DNA from: an uncultured Actinomycetes bacterium
GTDB taxonomy: Bacteria > Actinomycetota > Thermoleophilia > Gaiellales > JAICJC01
Direction of reading: 5' to 3'
Assembly (NCBI GenBank): GCA_963832955.1
Contig: CAWHWC010000002.1
Span: forward strand, 71,308-135,307
Length of the DNA stretch: 64,000 nucleotides
The position numbers were made by a program, and so were the translations under genes. This document shows positions 39,787 through 50,224 of the stretch, piece by piece. Position 1 is the stretch's first letter. Each line of letters starts with the position of its first letter. The notes beneath the pieces are model-generated. The model saw only the letters and a list, made by a program, of their open reading frames with translations, was not told where the DNA came from and did not search any database.

Positions 39787-41598
39787 TCAGGCACCGCCGG
39801 CGGTCTGGCCGGGACCGCCGCTCGGCTCGCGACGTTCGAACGCCGTGACGGCGGCCTGGACTGTCGGGAAGAACCGCGAGGCGCCGACCTGGGCCGTCAA
39901 CCCGGTTCCGTCGAAGATCTCGCGCTGCCTGCTCTTCAGTCGTGCGAAGCAGAGCGTCACCTGCATCCCCTCGAGCTCGGCCTCGAGCTGCTTCAGGGCG
40001 TCGACTCCCGTGGCATCGAGGAACATCCAGGCCTCGGCGTTCATGACCACCCACTCGACGCCCGAAGACGACGCCACGATCTCGAGCACCCGGCGGCGGA
40101 GGTACTCGGCGTTGACGAAGAACGGCGGTGCGTCGAAGCGGTAGATCAGGAGGCCCGGGACCGTCTGCGCATCGACGAAACGCTCGACGTCGTGGTAGCC
40201 GTCGATGCCCTCGACCGCTCCCAAAACAGCGTCGTGGGGGCGGGCGGCCCGGTAGAGGAACACGCCGATCGAAAGTGCCATCGCGACCGCGACACCGCCC
40301 AGCACGCCGAACAGCAGCACACCGGCGAACGCCGACAGCGCGAGCCCGACCTCGGCCTGGCGAACATGGCGCAGGCGCCACATGCCGCGCAGATCGATCA
40401 ACCCGATCGCGGCGACGACGATGATCACGCCCAGCGCCGCCTTCGGCAGCGGCTCGATCACCGGCATGGCCACGAGCAGGAAGATCCCCACCACGACGGC
40501 CGCGATCATCACGGACAGCTGCGAGCGGGCGCCGGTGGCGTCGTTCACGGCCGAGCGGGAGTTCGACGACGAGACGGGGAACGCGCTCGTCACCCCGCCG
40601 ATCAGGTTTGCGCCGCCGAGCGCGGTCAGCTCCCGGTTGGCGTCGACCTCATACCCGTGGATGCGTGCGAACGTCCTCACCGTCGCGACCATGTCGGCGA
40701 ACGCGATCAAGGCGAACGCCGTGGCCGGCAGCAGCAGGTCCAGGAACTGCTGAAGCCCCACCCGCGGAAATTCGAGCGGCGGCACGCCGCCCTGGACGTG
40801 ACCCACGGTCGCGACATGGTGGGACCCGAGGTCGACGACGGCGGCGGTCGCGAGGCCGAGGCCGAGCACCACCAGCGACGGTGGGATCGTCGGCAGGAAG
40901 CGCTTGACCGCAAAGGCGACCGCAAGCAACACGATGCTCAGCGCCACGGTCGGCCCGTTTGCGGATCCGGAATCGACCACGATCTCCTTCACCGTGGGAA
41001 GGAACTCGTTCGCAGCGACATCGAGTCCGAGCAGTTTCTCGACCTGACCGAAGATCACCGTCACGGCGACGCCGTTGATGTATCCCAGGAGCACCGGCTT
41101 CCCGAAGAAGTCGCCGACGAACCCGAGGCGCAGCATGCCCGCGATGAACAGCACTCCGCCCATCGCCAACGCCAGAGCTGCGGCCAGCGTGGCGTAGAGC
41201 GCCGGATCGACCCTTCCGTCGACCGTCGCCATGGGGGCGATGGTCACGGCCGTGAGCGCAGCCACGGTGGCGTCTGGGCCGATCACGTGCTGCCGTGAAG
41301 AGCCCAGCAGCCCGTACACCGCCAGAGGCAGGAACGTCGCATACATGCCGAACACGACGGGCAGGCCGGCGAGCTCGGCCATCGCCAACGACGCCGGGAC
41401 GGCGACCGCGCCCACGGTCAGGCCGGCGACGAGGTCGGGGCGGATGCTGCCCCGGCTGTGCACAAGAGCCGCGAGCCCCGGGGCGACGCCCTCGAGCGAC
41501 CGCGGCATCAGCCCGCGCAGGTATCGCCGGATCGAGTCGAGGGCGGCACGGCGCGCCACGCCCAGGAGTCTGGGCGCGCAGGGACCGGCATCCGTCAT
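39787..41598 (-). CDS. SulP-family anion permease with STAS domain (copy 2)
   Basis: Start ATG 41598 (or 41508). DLVAGLTVGAVAVPASLAMAELAGLP and NRELTALGGANLIGGVTSAFPVSSSNSRSA; STAS part LLIYRFDAPPFFVNAEY. Confidence 0.87.
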   Translation of the reverse strand: MTDAGPCAPRLLGVARRAALDSIRRYLRGLMPRSLEGVAPGLAALVHSRGSIRPDLVAGLTVGAVAVPASLAMAELAGLPVVFGMYATFLPLAVYGLLGSSRQHVIGPDATVAALTAVTIAPMATVDGRVDPALYATLAAALALAMGGVLFIAGMLRLGFVGDFFGKPVLLGYINGVAVTVIFGQVEKLLGLDVAANEFLPTVKEIVVDSGSANGPTVALSIVLLAVAFAVKRFLPTIPPSLVVLGLGLATAAVVDLGSHHVATVGHVQGGVPPLEFPRVGLQQFLDLLLPATAFALIAFADMVATVRTFARIHGYEVDANRELTALGGANLIGGVTSAFPVSSSNSRSAVNDATGARSQLSVMIAAVVVGIFLLVAMPVIEPLPKAALGVIIVVAAIGLIDLRGMWRLRHVRQAEVGLALSAFAGVLLFGVLGGVAVAMALSIGVFLYRAARPHDAVLGAVEGIDGYHDVERFVDAQTVPGLLIYRFDAPPFFVNAEYLRRRVLEIVASSSGVEWVVMNAEAWMFLDATGVDALKQLEAELEGMQVTLCFARLKSRQREIFDGTGLTAQVGASRFFPTVQAAVTAFERREPSGGPGQTAGGA

Positions 41599-41607
41599 AC
41601 CGGTGGA

Positions 41608-42108
41608 ATGAAATTCGCAGCGTCGGCGCCGTACGGCAGGACCAGAGGGCGTGAGCGCGAAACACCCACCGTGCCCGAGGAGACGAAGCTCGAGAGGCGG
41701 CTTGGCCGAACGCTGGCCCGCGCGGTGACACCGCGCGGGGCGGCCGTGGTCATCGCCACGGCGTCGACCGCGATGACTCTCGCGGCCGGACTCCTGATGA
41801 CGGTCGTCGACCGGAAGACCTTCCCGACGGTCGGCGCCGGCCTGTGGTGGGCTGTGCAGACGGTCACGACGGTTGGGTACGGGGACCATGTTCCGGAAAG
41901 CGTCGCGGGACAGCTCATTGCGGCGCTCGTCATGCTGTTCGGGATCGGCTTCCTGACGGTGGTCACCGCCACGATCACGAGCACGTTCGTGTCGCGCTCC
42001 CGCCGTGAGCTGGCGCCGTCGGATGTCGAGAACCGGGCCGCGGAACAGCTACGCCAGATCGACCGCAGGCTCGAACGGATCGAAGCCGCCCTGACCGACT
42101 CCTCGTAG
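41608..42108 (+). CDS. Two-TM potassium channel
   Basis: Pore helix and selectivity filter GLWWAVQTVTTVGYGDHVP, flanked by two TM segments. Confidence 0.85.
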   Translation: MKFAASAPYGRTRGRERETPTVPEETKLERRLGRTLARAVTPRGAAVVIATASTAMTLAAGLLMTVVDRKTFPTVGAGLWWAVQTVTTVGYGDHVPESVAGQLIAALVMLFGIGFLTVVTATITSTFVSRSRRELAPSDVENRAAEQLRQIDRRLERIEAALTDSS

Positions 42109-42165
42109 ACCTCGCCCTTCTGGTCGGTGCAAGTCGCTCCTTTCGGCGACCCGTCCGTCTTGGCG

Positions 42166-44043
42166 TTACCAGCCGACCGCTTGGCCGTCCTTTCGGAAGT
42201 CGGAGCCGGCCCGGTACATGCCGTTCACCGGCGGATCTCCGGCCGTCTGCCATTCCGGCGGCGCGTTCCCGGCCAGCCGCTGGAACAGGATGGCCTGGTA
42301 GCCGCCGAACACGTCGTCGTTCCCCGGAACGCGCCGCACCTTGAAGCCCAGAGCCCGCAGCTGCGGGCCGACCAGGGCATACAGGTTCGACTCGAGGTCG
42401 ACGCGGTCGGCGTCCTGGCTGTGATGGAAGCGGGCCGCATCGCCGGCGGCCTGCACGTTCATGCCGAGGTCGACCATGTTCACGATCTCGGTGGCCTGGG
42501 CCTGCGCCTGCTCGTCGCCGCCCATGTTGCCAAAGGCGAGCAGCGGCCTGCCGTCCTTCATGACGAAGGCCGGGATGATGGTCAGAAACGGCCGCTTGTG
42601 CGGAGCGGTCACGCTCGGCGAGGACGGGTCGAGGTCGAAGAACGAGCCGCGGTCGTTCATGGGGAACCCGTAGCCCGGGATCGAGACCGACGCCCCGAAG
42701 TAGTCGTAGATGCTGTAGATGAACGACACCATGTTGCCCCACCGGTCGGCGGCGGTCAGGTAGACCGTGTCGCCGCGCTCGCGGGTCGTGACTGAGACGG
42801 CGGCCTTGCCGGCCGCGGCGGGCTCGCTCGAGACATGGCCGAGGCTGATCCGGCTGCACAGGGAGGCGGCGTAGCGCTTGGAGATCAGCCGCTTGACCGG
42901 GACGTGCACGAATCGCGGGTCGCCGTTGTAGCGCAGGAGATCCGTGTAGGCGAGCCGCTTGGCCTGCACCAGGATGCTCCAGAACTCGGGTGAGCGGGGC
43001 CCCAGCGCGCGCAGGTCATAGCCCAGCCGGGGACCGCACTCCTGGAGGATGTTCAGCATCTCGAGCGTCGCAAAGCCCTGCGTCTGGGGCGGCATCTGAG
43101 ACACCTGGTAGCCCTTGTAGGTGGTCGAGATTGGGCGCACCCACTGCGACTTGAACGACGACAGGTCGTTCATCGTCCACGCCGCCCCGCCGGCGTTCAT
43201 GCGGCGCACGATGGCGCGACCGATCGGGCCGCGGTAGAACGCGTCGGGCCCGTCCTTGGCCAGGAGCTCGTAGGCCCGAGCAAGGTCCGGGTTTCGGAAG
43301 TTGCTGTAGAGCGCCGGCACGTGCCCGTCGCGCAGGAACACCTTGCTCGACTCGGGATCCTTCTTCAGCATGTCGACGTAGAAGCCGTCGTAGCTCTCCC
43401 AGTCCCCACGGATCCGCTCCGTCAGGCCGAACCCCTGCCGCGCGGCCTCGATCGACGGCTGGAGCACCTGGGCCAGCGACATGCGCCCGAAGCGCTTCTG
43501 GAGCCGGCTCCAGCCGTCCACCGTGCCGGGCACGGTGGCGCTGTAGACGCCGTAGAACGGCACCGAGCTCATGCCGCGCTTGTGGAAGAAGTCCACGGTG
43601 TGCGACTCCGGCGCCCAGCCGGCGGCATTCAGCCCGAACAGGCGGCGATCCTTCGCCGAGTAGTAGATCGCCTCCATGTCGCCGCCGATGCCGGCGCTCT
43701 CCGGCTCCGTCAGCCCGAGCATCGCGGCGCTCGCGATCGCGGCGTCAACGGCGTTCCCGCCGTCGCGCAGGATCTGAAGGCCCGCCTGCGCCGCCAGCGG
43801 CTGGCTCGTGGCGACCATGCCATGGCGCGCCAGCACCTCCGAGCGCGTCTGCTGCGTCCAGTCCCACATCCGGTCACCGCGGACGGCCGTGATGCTCCGC
43901 GACGGGTTCGGGATGGCTGCCGTCGGCGTGCCGAACGGCGTCGGCGACACGTCGCCGCCGCCGCTCGCGGCCGACGCCACCGTCGCAACCGCGATCGTCC
44001 CAGCCACCGCCAGCGCGGCCGTTCGCCCACTCCACATACGCAT
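42166..44043 (-). CDS. ggt: Gamma-glutamyltransferase
   Basis: Signal peptide. GGT motifs GGNAVDAAIA, GIGGD, autoprocessing site ..RGDTVYLTAAD.., and MNDRGSFF. Confidence 0.9.
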   Translation of the reverse strand: MRMWSGRTAALAVAGTIAVATVASAASGGGDVSPTPFGTPTAAIPNPSRSITAVRGDRMWDWTQQTRSEVLARHGMVATSQPLAAQAGLQILRDGGNAVDAAIASAAMLGLTEPESAGIGGDMEAIYYSAKDRRLFGLNAAGWAPESHTVDFFHKRGMSSVPFYGVYSATVPGTVDGWSRLQKRFGRMSLAQVLQPSIEAARQGFGLTERIRGDWESYDGFYVDMLKKDPESSKVFLRDGHVPALYSNFRNPDLARAYELLAKDGPDAFYRGPIGRAIVRRMNAGGAAWTMNDLSSFKSQWVRPISTTYKGYQVSQMPPQTQGFATLEMLNILQECGPRLGYDLRALGPRSPEFWSILVQAKRLAYTDLLRYNGDPRFVHVPVKRLISKRYAASLCSRISLGHVSSEPAAAGKAAVSVTTRERGDTVYLTAADRWGNMVSFIYSIYDYFGASVSIPGYGFPMNDRGSFFDLDPSSPSVTAPHKRPFLTIIPAFVMKDGRPLLAFGNMGGDEQAQAQATEIVNMVDLGMNVQAAGDAARFHHSQDADRVDLESNLYALVGPQLRALGFKVRRVPGNDDVFGGYQAILFQRLAGNAPPEWQTAGDPPVNGMYRAGSDFRKDGQAVGW

Positions 44044-44161
44044 CGCTCTACCCCCTCGCTCGTATTGCGGATGACGTCAGCGCATCATTGCACCTTCGAA
44101 TGGCTCCTGGAATTGGGCCCTCCTTGGATGCGTCCGGCTCTCGGGCGCAGTTCATGCAACA

Positions 44162-44866
44162 GTGTGGCCGCCGGTGCGCAGAGCGATGACCCACGACACC
44201 CACACTTCCGCGCCGCCGTTCGAGCCGCGCTGGCCGTCGGTCGTCGCGATCGGCGTTGCGATCGCCCTCTACGTCTCGCTCCCCGACACGATCATCTCCG
44301 ACTCGTACGGAAGCGGCGCGATCCGCTTCATCGTGCCCGCGCTCGAGCTCGCCCTTCTGATCCCGCTTGCCGTCGCCGTCCCCCATCGACACGTCTACGA
44401 ATCCGGCAAGCGGCGGATGGCGGCGATCACGCTGACGGCGATCGTGTCGCTCGCCAACATCGCGTCGCTGGGGTTCCTGATCCATGAGCTCCTGTACAGC
44501 GGCGCAACGCTCCAGGGGCGGGAGCTCCTGGCCACCGCCGCGCAGATCTGGTGGACGAACGTGATCGTCTTCGGCCTCTGGTACTGGGAGCTCGACGGCG
44601 GCGGCCCGCCCCGGCGGCTCGCCAATCCGACGGCGCCGCGCGACTTCGCGTTTCCCCAGATGACGGACCCGGGGGTGGCGCAGCCCGGCTGGCACCCCCG
44701 GTTCGCCGACTACTTCTACGTCTCCTTCACGAACGCCAGCGCGTTCAGCCCCACCGACACCATGCCGCTCACCCTGTGGGCCAAGCTCCTCATGCTCACC
44801 CAGTCCACGGTCTCGATCCTGACACTCATCCTCGTCGCCGCGCGAGCCGTCAACATCCTCAAATAG
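44162..44866 (+). CDS. DUF1345-family membrane protein (copy 2)
   Basis: ..LWYWELDGGGPPRR..RDFAFPQM..FADYFYVSFTNASAFSPTDTMP..ARAVNILK. Start may be ATG 44186. Confidence 0.75.
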   Translation: MWPPVRRAMTHDTHTSAPPFEPRWPSVVAIGVAIALYVSLPDTIISDSYGSGAIRFIVPALELALLIPLAVAVPHRHVYESGKRRMAAITLTAIVSLANIASLGFLIHELLYSGATLQGRELLATAAQIWWTNVIVFGLWYWELDGGGPPRRLANPTAPRDFAFPQMTDPGVAQPGWHPRFADYFYVSFTNASAFSPTDTMPLTLWAKLLMLTQSTVSILTLILVAARAVNILK

Positions 44867-44870
44867 CCGG

Positions 44871-45255
44871 CTACGGCTCCCGTCCGACGGTGAGGCCGTA
44901 GATGACGAGGCCGTTCACGATCAGGGCGATCAAGGCGCCCAGGGGAGCCGCGAACAGGAAGAAGAACCAGATGAAGATCGCGAACGATGCGGCGGCGACA
45001 CCCAGCAGCGTCCCGGTGGGGCTATTGGAGAAGACCATGAACCCGGCAACCAGCTGGACGAGCCCGAAGATCAAAAGGATCCATCCCCAGGTGTCCTGAT
45101 TCGAGAACAGAAACTCGTTTGCGAGGTAATTGCCCTCGGTGGACCGCGGTGATCCCTTCGACGAGGTTGAACGATCCGGCGATGACGAGCCAGATCGCCG
45201 CGAACATCGTCCATCCGGTGAGCTCTCTGCGTGAGTCGATCGATGACACGTGCAT
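44871..45255 (-). CDS. Small four-TM membrane protein (DUF7144-like), apparent frameshift
   Basis: ORF 45022..45255 (..TGWTMFAAIWLVIAGSFNLVEGITAV..) continues in ORF 44871..45074 (..LIFGLVQLVAGFMVF..). The junction is near 45120. Confidence 0.5.
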
Positions 45256-45487
45256 CCTTCCTATCTACGTCTGTATGAGTGGACGATCCCGGCACGATCC
45301 GCGCCCTACGACGCGTCACCGGCGTTCGCGTCTATTGCGCTCGCGCTGATGAGTGTGAGCCCGAAATCCCGACGCGGATCCTCACGTTCGGTGGCGGCGC
45401 CTTCAAGGAGGTGGGCACGAGTGGCGCCGGAAGCGCGCACCACCGCCTCCTCCTGATCGGGGGGCGGTGACGCCGGTGGAGAAGGGA

Positions 45488-46489
45488 CTAGCGGTTGACT
45501 GCCGCCATTCCGGCCGGGTCGTAGCGGTCGCCGGAGACCTCGGGGAGCTCCGCGTCGATGCGCGCCAGGTCGTCTTCCGTAAGCTCGACGTCGATCGCCG
45601 CCGCGTTCTGCTCGAGGTAGGTGCGGCGCTTCGTGCCCGGGATCGGAACGAGGTCATCGCCGCGGGCGAGCACCCACGCGATGGCCAGCTGGCCCGGCGT
45701 CACGCCCTTCTCCGAAGCGATCTCCTTGACCTTTGCCGCGAGCCTGAGGTTCGCGTCGAGGTTCTCGCCGGTGAAGCGCGGCCCGTTTCGGCGGAAGTCG
45801 TTCTCGTCGAGCTCGTCCGGCGAGCTGAACCTGCCGGCCAGGAAGCCGCGCCCGAGCGGGGAATACGGAACGAACCCGATCCCGAGCTCGCGGCAGGTGG
45901 GCAGCACCTCGGCCTCGGGGTCACGCGTCCACAGCGAGTACTCGCTCTGGACGGCCGTGATCGGGTGGACGGCGTTCGCGCGCCGGATGGTCTCGGGGGC
46001 CGCCTCGCTCAGCCCGATGTGGCGGATCTTGCCCTCCTTGACGAGCTCCGCCATCGCTCCGACCGTCTCCTCGATCGGAACAGTCGGATCGACGCGGTGC
46101 TGGTAGTAGAGGTCAACGTGGTCGGTGCCCAGACGCGTCAGCGATCCCTCGATCGAGCTGCGCACGTGCTCGCCGGAGCCGTCCTGCCGCCCGACCGTGG
46201 ACATGTCGCCGGGCGCGGCGTCGTCCATCCGGCGGTTGAACTTCGTTGCGATCACGTACTCGTCGCGGTGGCCCCTGATGGCGCGGCCGACCAGTATCTC
46301 GTTCGTGAGCGGGCCGTAGAGCTGCGCCGTGTCGAGGAAGGTGACGCCCAGCTCGCGGGCGCGGTGGATGGTCATGATCGCCTCGTCCTCGTCGGTGGAG
46401 CCGTAGAACGCGGACATGCCCATGCACCCGAGCCCGATCGCGGACACCTTCAGGTCGCGAAGTGCGCGCTGCCTCATCATCTGCCCCAC
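45488..46489 (-). CDS. Aldo/keto reductase
   Basis: Intact 333-aa ORF with AKR motifs [24 protein letters not shown] and IRHIGLSE. Confidence 0.9.
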   Translation of the reverse strand: MGQMMRQRALRDLKVSAIGLGCMGMSAFYGSTDEDEAIMTIHRARELGVTFLDTAQLYGPLTNEILVGRAIRGHRDEYVIATKFNRRMDDAAPGDMSTVGRQDGSGEHVRSSIEGSLTRLGTDHVDLYYQHRVDPTVPIEETVGAMAELVKEGKIRHIGLSEAAPETIRRANAVHPITAVQSEYSLWTRDPEAEVLPTCRELGIGFVPYSPLGRGFLAGRFSSPDELDENDFRRNGPRFTGENLDANLRLAAKVKEIASEKGVTPGQLAIAWVLARGDDLVPIPGTKRRTYLEQNAAAIDVELTEDDLARIDAELPEVSGDRYDPAGMAAVNR

Positions 46490-46893
46490 CTTCCTCGGAG
46501 ATCTCGCATACGGGATCCATGCCCAGATTGGGACGGAGGCTATCGAGCCCGGACGCGCCCGGACGCGGCAACCGTAGAAACCCCCGCCCGAGATTCCGTG
46601 TCCACGCGGATGGAGGACAAGGCCACGGCGACCGATGATCGCCGTGCCCGCTGCTCGCGGTCGACGCCGGCATGACCCGGCGCTCCGGGGTTCGACTCCT
46701 CGGCGGCGGCCATCATCGCTTCAGCTCGTTACCGCCTGCGCCGCCCGGCGCATCGGGGTACGCACGGATCTTCGGCGGCGGAATTCGTGCACTCCGCGTG
46801 CGACTCCTCCCCGATGCGGCGGCGGTCCGATGGTGCTGGACTTCAGGTGCGGCCGTGCGGTTCGCGGTCATGCAAGGCAGAGGAGGTTTGGCG

Positions 46894-48435
46894 ATGGCCA
46901 CCATCGAATATCCGGCCACCTACGCCGTCCCCGGTAGCCCCGACAGCATCGTCGAGGTCCTGCCGCGGTACGACAACTTCATCGGCGGCCGATGGGTCGC
47001 CCCGGTGAAGGGGCTGTACAAGGCCAATCTGACGCCGGTCACGGGGAAGCCGTTCACGGAGATCCCTGCGTCGACGCCGGAGGACGTCGAGCTCGCGCTC
47101 GACGCCGCCCACGCAGCACGAGTGGCGTGGGGAGAGGCATCGACGACCGAGCGGTCGCGTGTGCTGAATCGCATCGCGGACGTCATCGAGGAGAACAAGT
47201 CGATCCTGGCGATTGCCGAGAGCTGGGACAACGGCAAGCCGGTGCGCGAGACGCTCGCGGCCGACATCCCGCTTGCGGCTGATCACTTCCGCTACTTCGC
47301 CTCGGTCATCCGTGGCGAGGAGGGAACGATCTCGGAGATCGACAAGAACACGATCGCCTACCACTTCCACGAGCCGCTCGGAGTGGTCGGGCAGATCATC
47401 CCGTTCAACTTCCCGCTGCTGATGGCGGCGTGGAAGCTGGCTCCGGCTCTCGCGGCGGGCAACTGCTCGGTGCTGAAGCCGGCGAGCCCGACGCCGTGGT
47501 CGATCCTGAAGCTCGCGGAGCTGATCCAGGAGATCGTCCCGCCGGGCGTGCTCAACATCGTGAACGGCCCGGGAGCGGAGATCGGAAAGGCGCTCGCCAC
47601 GAGCAAGCGCATCGCAAAGATCGCGTTCACCGGCGAGACCGTCACCGGACGGCTGATCATGCAGTACGCCGCGCAGAACATCATCCCGTCGACGACGGAG
47701 CTGGGCGGCAAGTCGCCCAACATCTTCTTCGCCGACGTGATGGCCGAAGACGACGCGTTCTTCGACAAGGCAATCGAGGGGCTCGTGCTCTACGCCTTCA
47801 ACAAGGGTGAGGTCTGCACCTGCCCATCGCGGGCGCTGATCGACGAGTCGATCTATGACGAGTTCATGGATCGGTGCCTGGGCCGGATCGCGATGATCCG
47901 CCAGGGCAACCCGCTCAACCCGGCGACGCAGCTCGGCGCTCAGGTGTCGGCTGCGCAGCTCGAGAAGATCGCGGGCTATGTCGACATCGGTCTCGATGAG
48001 GGCGCCGAGCTCCTGATCGGGGGCAAGCGCAACGTCCTCGAGGGCGAGCTGGCCGAGGGCTACTACTTCGAGCCGACTGTCCTCAAGGGACACAACAAGA
48101 TGCGCGTGTTCCAGGAGGAGATCTTCGGCCCAGTGCTCGCGGTTACCACCTTCAAGAACGAGGCGGAGGCGCTCGAGATCGCAAACGACACGCTCTACGG
48201 CCTCGGTGCCGGTGTATGGACTCGCGACACCAGCCGGGCATTCCGGATGGGTCGCGCGATCCAGGCCGGCCGCGTGTGGACGAACTGCTACCACATGTAT
48301 CCGGCACATGCCGCCTTCGGGGGCTACAAGATCTCCGGGGTTGGCAGGGAGACGCACAAGATGATGCTCGACCACTACACGCAGACGAAGTGCCTGCTCG
48401 TGAGCTACGACCCCAACCCGCTCGGGTTCTTCTAG
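46894..48435 (+). CDS. NAD(P)+-dependent aldehyde dehydrogenase
   Basis: ATG 46894 after AGGAGG. Motifs: [40 protein letters not shown] (catalytic Cys). Confidence 0.92.
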   Translation: MATIEYPATYAVPGSPDSIVEVLPRYDNFIGGRWVAPVKGLYKANLTPVTGKPFTEIPASTPEDVELALDAAHAARVAWGEASTTERSRVLNRIADVIEENKSILAIAESWDNGKPVRETLAADIPLAADHFRYFASVIRGEEGTISEIDKNTIAYHFHEPLGVVGQIIPFNFPLLMAAWKLAPALAAGNCSVLKPASPTPWSILKLAELIQEIVPPGVLNIVNGPGAEIGKALATSKRIAKIAFTGETVTGRLIMQYAAQNIIPSTTELGGKSPNIFFADVMAEDDAFFDKAIEGLVLYAFNKGEVCTCPSRALIDESIYDEFMDRCLGRIAMIRQGNPLNPATQLGAQVSAAQLEKIAGYVDIGLDEGAELLIGGKRNVLEGELAEGYYFEPTVLKGHNKMRVFQEEIFGPVLAVTTFKNEAEALEIANDTLYGLGAGVWTRDTSRAFRMGRAIQAGRVWTNCYHMYPAHAAFGGYKISGVGRETHKMMLDHYTQTKCLLVSYDPNPLGFF

Positions 48436-48448
48436 GAGAGGGAGGGCC

Positions 48449-48778
48449 ATGAGCGCACAGGTGAGCGCCACCGATGACGCTCTCGAGGCCATCGAGGCGC
48501 TCACCCTCGCGCATGGTCGGGTGATGTTCTTCCAGTCGGGGGGCTGCTGTGACGGCAGCTCCCCGATCTGCCTTCCCGACGGCGAGCTGCCGATCTCTCC
48601 CCACGACCTGCTGCTCGGGCACGTGGGAGGCGCGGCCTTCTACATCGACGCGGACCTCTACGAGCGCTGGAACCGGCCGTCGTTCCTTGTGGACGTGTCG
48701 TCCGCCGCCCCGGAGGGGTTCTCGCTCGGCGCCGGGGATACGCATTTCGTGACCCGGACTGCGAGCAGGTCGGGATAG
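48449..48778 (+). CDS. DUF779-family protein (usual partner of this ALDH type)
   Basis: VMFFQSGGCCDGSSPICLP.GE...DLLLG.VGG..FYID..LYERW. Confidence 0.85.
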   Translation: MSAQVSATDDALEAIEALTLAHGRVMFFQSGGCCDGSSPICLPDGELPISPHDLLLGHVGGAAFYIDADLYERWNRPSFLVDVSSAAPEGFSLGAGDTHFVTRTASRSG

Positions 48779-48832
48779 TGGAACGGCTTCACGAACCCGA
48801 TCCAGTACCCGAAGGCGCTGTGCGTCGGCTCG

Positions 48833-49494
48833 TTAGCCGTCCCACGGCAACCTGCTTCTCAACTCCTCGAAGGGCGGCCTCATGCCGCGAACCCTCTTGA
48901 ATCGGACTGCGTTCAGGTTGGGCAAAGCCAGCATGGGCGAGTAATCCTTGTCGTCCACAATGAGCGTGTGCAGCTGGAGTTGCTGGAGGCCCGGCAGTTT
49001 GCGAAGGACATCGATCGAACCAACGTGGGCGTTCCTGGGTGTCATCCAGTCGCCGCCGAGTTCCAGGCTCGTCAGGTGCTGAAGTTTCCGGAGTGGGCTG
49101 AGGTCTCGGATGTCCCGGAATCCTTCGACGGCCAGTGTTTCCAAACGAGTCAGGACGCTGATAGGCGTGAGGTCGTGGACTCCCGATGCGCCCCGCAAAG
49201 CGAGCTGCTGCAACCCAACCATGCCGGTGAGCGGCGACAAGTCGGAGTAGTCGCCCCACTTCACCGTGAGCGAACGAAGCTGGGCTGCCCCGCAAGAGCC
49301 TCGAACAGACGGCGCGGGGTTCGGCTCGTGAAGTCCAGTTCGCGAATCGGGCTCGGCCCGGCAGCCAGGAAGCCGACCCACTCGTCGACGATCCTTCTAG
49401 CGGCAGCAGCCGAATAGCGGGTTCCGAGCTGAGTCGCCGAGACGCGGACGGACGCCTCGCCCCGGTACTCAGAAACCTCGGTCAGGAACTGCAT
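48833..49494 (-). CDS. Leucine-rich-repeat protein, apparent frameshift
   Basis: The N-terminal part is ORF 49261..49494. The LRR part (..DLSPLTGMVGLQQLAL..DLTPISVLTRLETLAV..DLSPLRKLQHLTSLEL..) is ORF 48833..49381. The junction is near 49293, next to GGGG. Confidence 0.6.
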
Positions 49495-49505
49495 GCGCTT
49501 GATTC

Positions 49506-49520
49506 TGCCTGACTTGTCGG
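49506..49520 (+). repeat. Degenerate partial copy (R0) of the 26-bp array repeat
   Basis: TGCCTGACTTGTCGG compared with core TGCCTGACTCTGCCGG; preceded by TGATTC as in copy R2. It lies 12 nt upstream of the LRR gene start. Confidence 0.4.
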
Positions 49521-49591
49521 CCCACGCGAGGCTGGTCGACCCCTTCCGAGGCGTGTAGCGTCCGACAAGTGTGGCGGAGGGATGCCAGGCA

Positions 49592-49617
49592 GGTGCCTGA
49601 CTCTGCCGGTATAACCA
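49592..49617 (+). repeat. Array repeat R1 (GGTGCCTGACTCTGCCGGTATAACCA)
   Basis: Identical to R4. Flanked by a 9-bp direct duplication CCAGGCAGG (49585-49593 and 49615-49623). Confidence 0.9.
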
Positions 49618-49695
49618 GGCAGGTTCAAGATCCAGAGCTATGTGTGGTCGGAGGTCGCGGTACCGTTACGCAGGGATACGCAGGCCGGCAGCGCA

Positions 49696-50208
49696 ATGAG
49701 GAGGGACGTGACCGAGCCGAGACAGTTGATCAAGATTGCCGCTCTGGCGGACTATCCGCAGCTGGTGCCGGAGGTGGTCGCCATCGCCTGGGAGGAGTGG
49801 GGAGAGGCGCTGGCCGATGACCCGCGCGAGCGCTGGCTGCGCGAGGCGGAGCTCGACAGTCGCCTGCACGTGCCTACCTCAGCGGCGTTCGTGGCGGTAG
49901 CCGGTGATCGCGCGGTGGGCACGGTTCAGCTGCATGAGTTTGAGATCGACGCGATTCGCGACCGGTCGCCGTGGGTGTGTGGCATGGTCGTGCGGCCCGA
50001 GTATCGCAACGCCGGAGTGGGCCGGCGGTTACTGGCAGCACTTGAGCAGTTTGCTGCGGAGCACGGCGTGTCACGGCTGTGGGTGTTCACGGAAAACGGA
50101 GAGAACGCAGCCGGGTTCTACGAGCGTTGCGGCTGGCACCGGCACGTCGAGGCCGTCGAACATGGCCAGCCCGGCGTTGTGCTGACGCGCGTCGTATTGT
50201 CAGGCTGA
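49696..50208 (+). CDS. GNAT-family N-acetyltransferase
   Basis: Acetyl-CoA motif VVRPEYRNAGVGRRLLAALEQFA plus ..NAAGFYERCGW. Start ATG 49696; GTG 49708 is also possible. Confidence 0.8.
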   Translation: MRRDVTEPRQLIKIAALADYPQLVPEVVAIAWEEWGEALADDPRERWLREAELDSRLHVPTSAAFVAVAGDRAVGTVQLHEFEIDAIRDRSPWVCGMVVRPEYRNAGVGRRLLAALEQFAAEHGVSRLWVFTENGENAAGFYERCGWHRHVEAVEHGQPGVVLTRVVLSG

Positions 50209-50224
50209 CGCGTTTCGGGTTCGC

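Noticed and set aside
41598-41608. Divergent SulP and K+-channel genes with only 9 bp between their start codons
   Set aside because: The finding depends on choosing the most upstream ATGs. A downstream SulP start (ATG 41508, MPRSLEG..) gives a normal ~100-nt divergent promoter region.
45346-45366. Hammerhead ribozyme core (CTGATGAG ... CGAAA)
   Set aside because: The intervening GTGTGAGCC cannot form stem II, and I found no stem I/III partners or cleavage-site context.
46648-46710. tRNA-like element (CGGGG-TTCGACT-CCTCG T-arm with acceptor CCGCTGC/GCGGCGG)
   Set aside because: Only 63 nt lie between the acceptor strands, about 10 too few, so there is no room for a D-arm. The anticodon-arm register does not pair. 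GC-rich chance pairing in a divergent promoter region is the likely explanation.
49592-49617. Xer/dif-like site (the repeat begins GGTGC like E. coli dif)
   Set aside because: There is no 11-6-11 dyad. The left arm GGTGCCTGACT and right arm GTATAACCAGG are not inverted copies. The ATAA-N6-TTAT centre typical of dif sites is absent.
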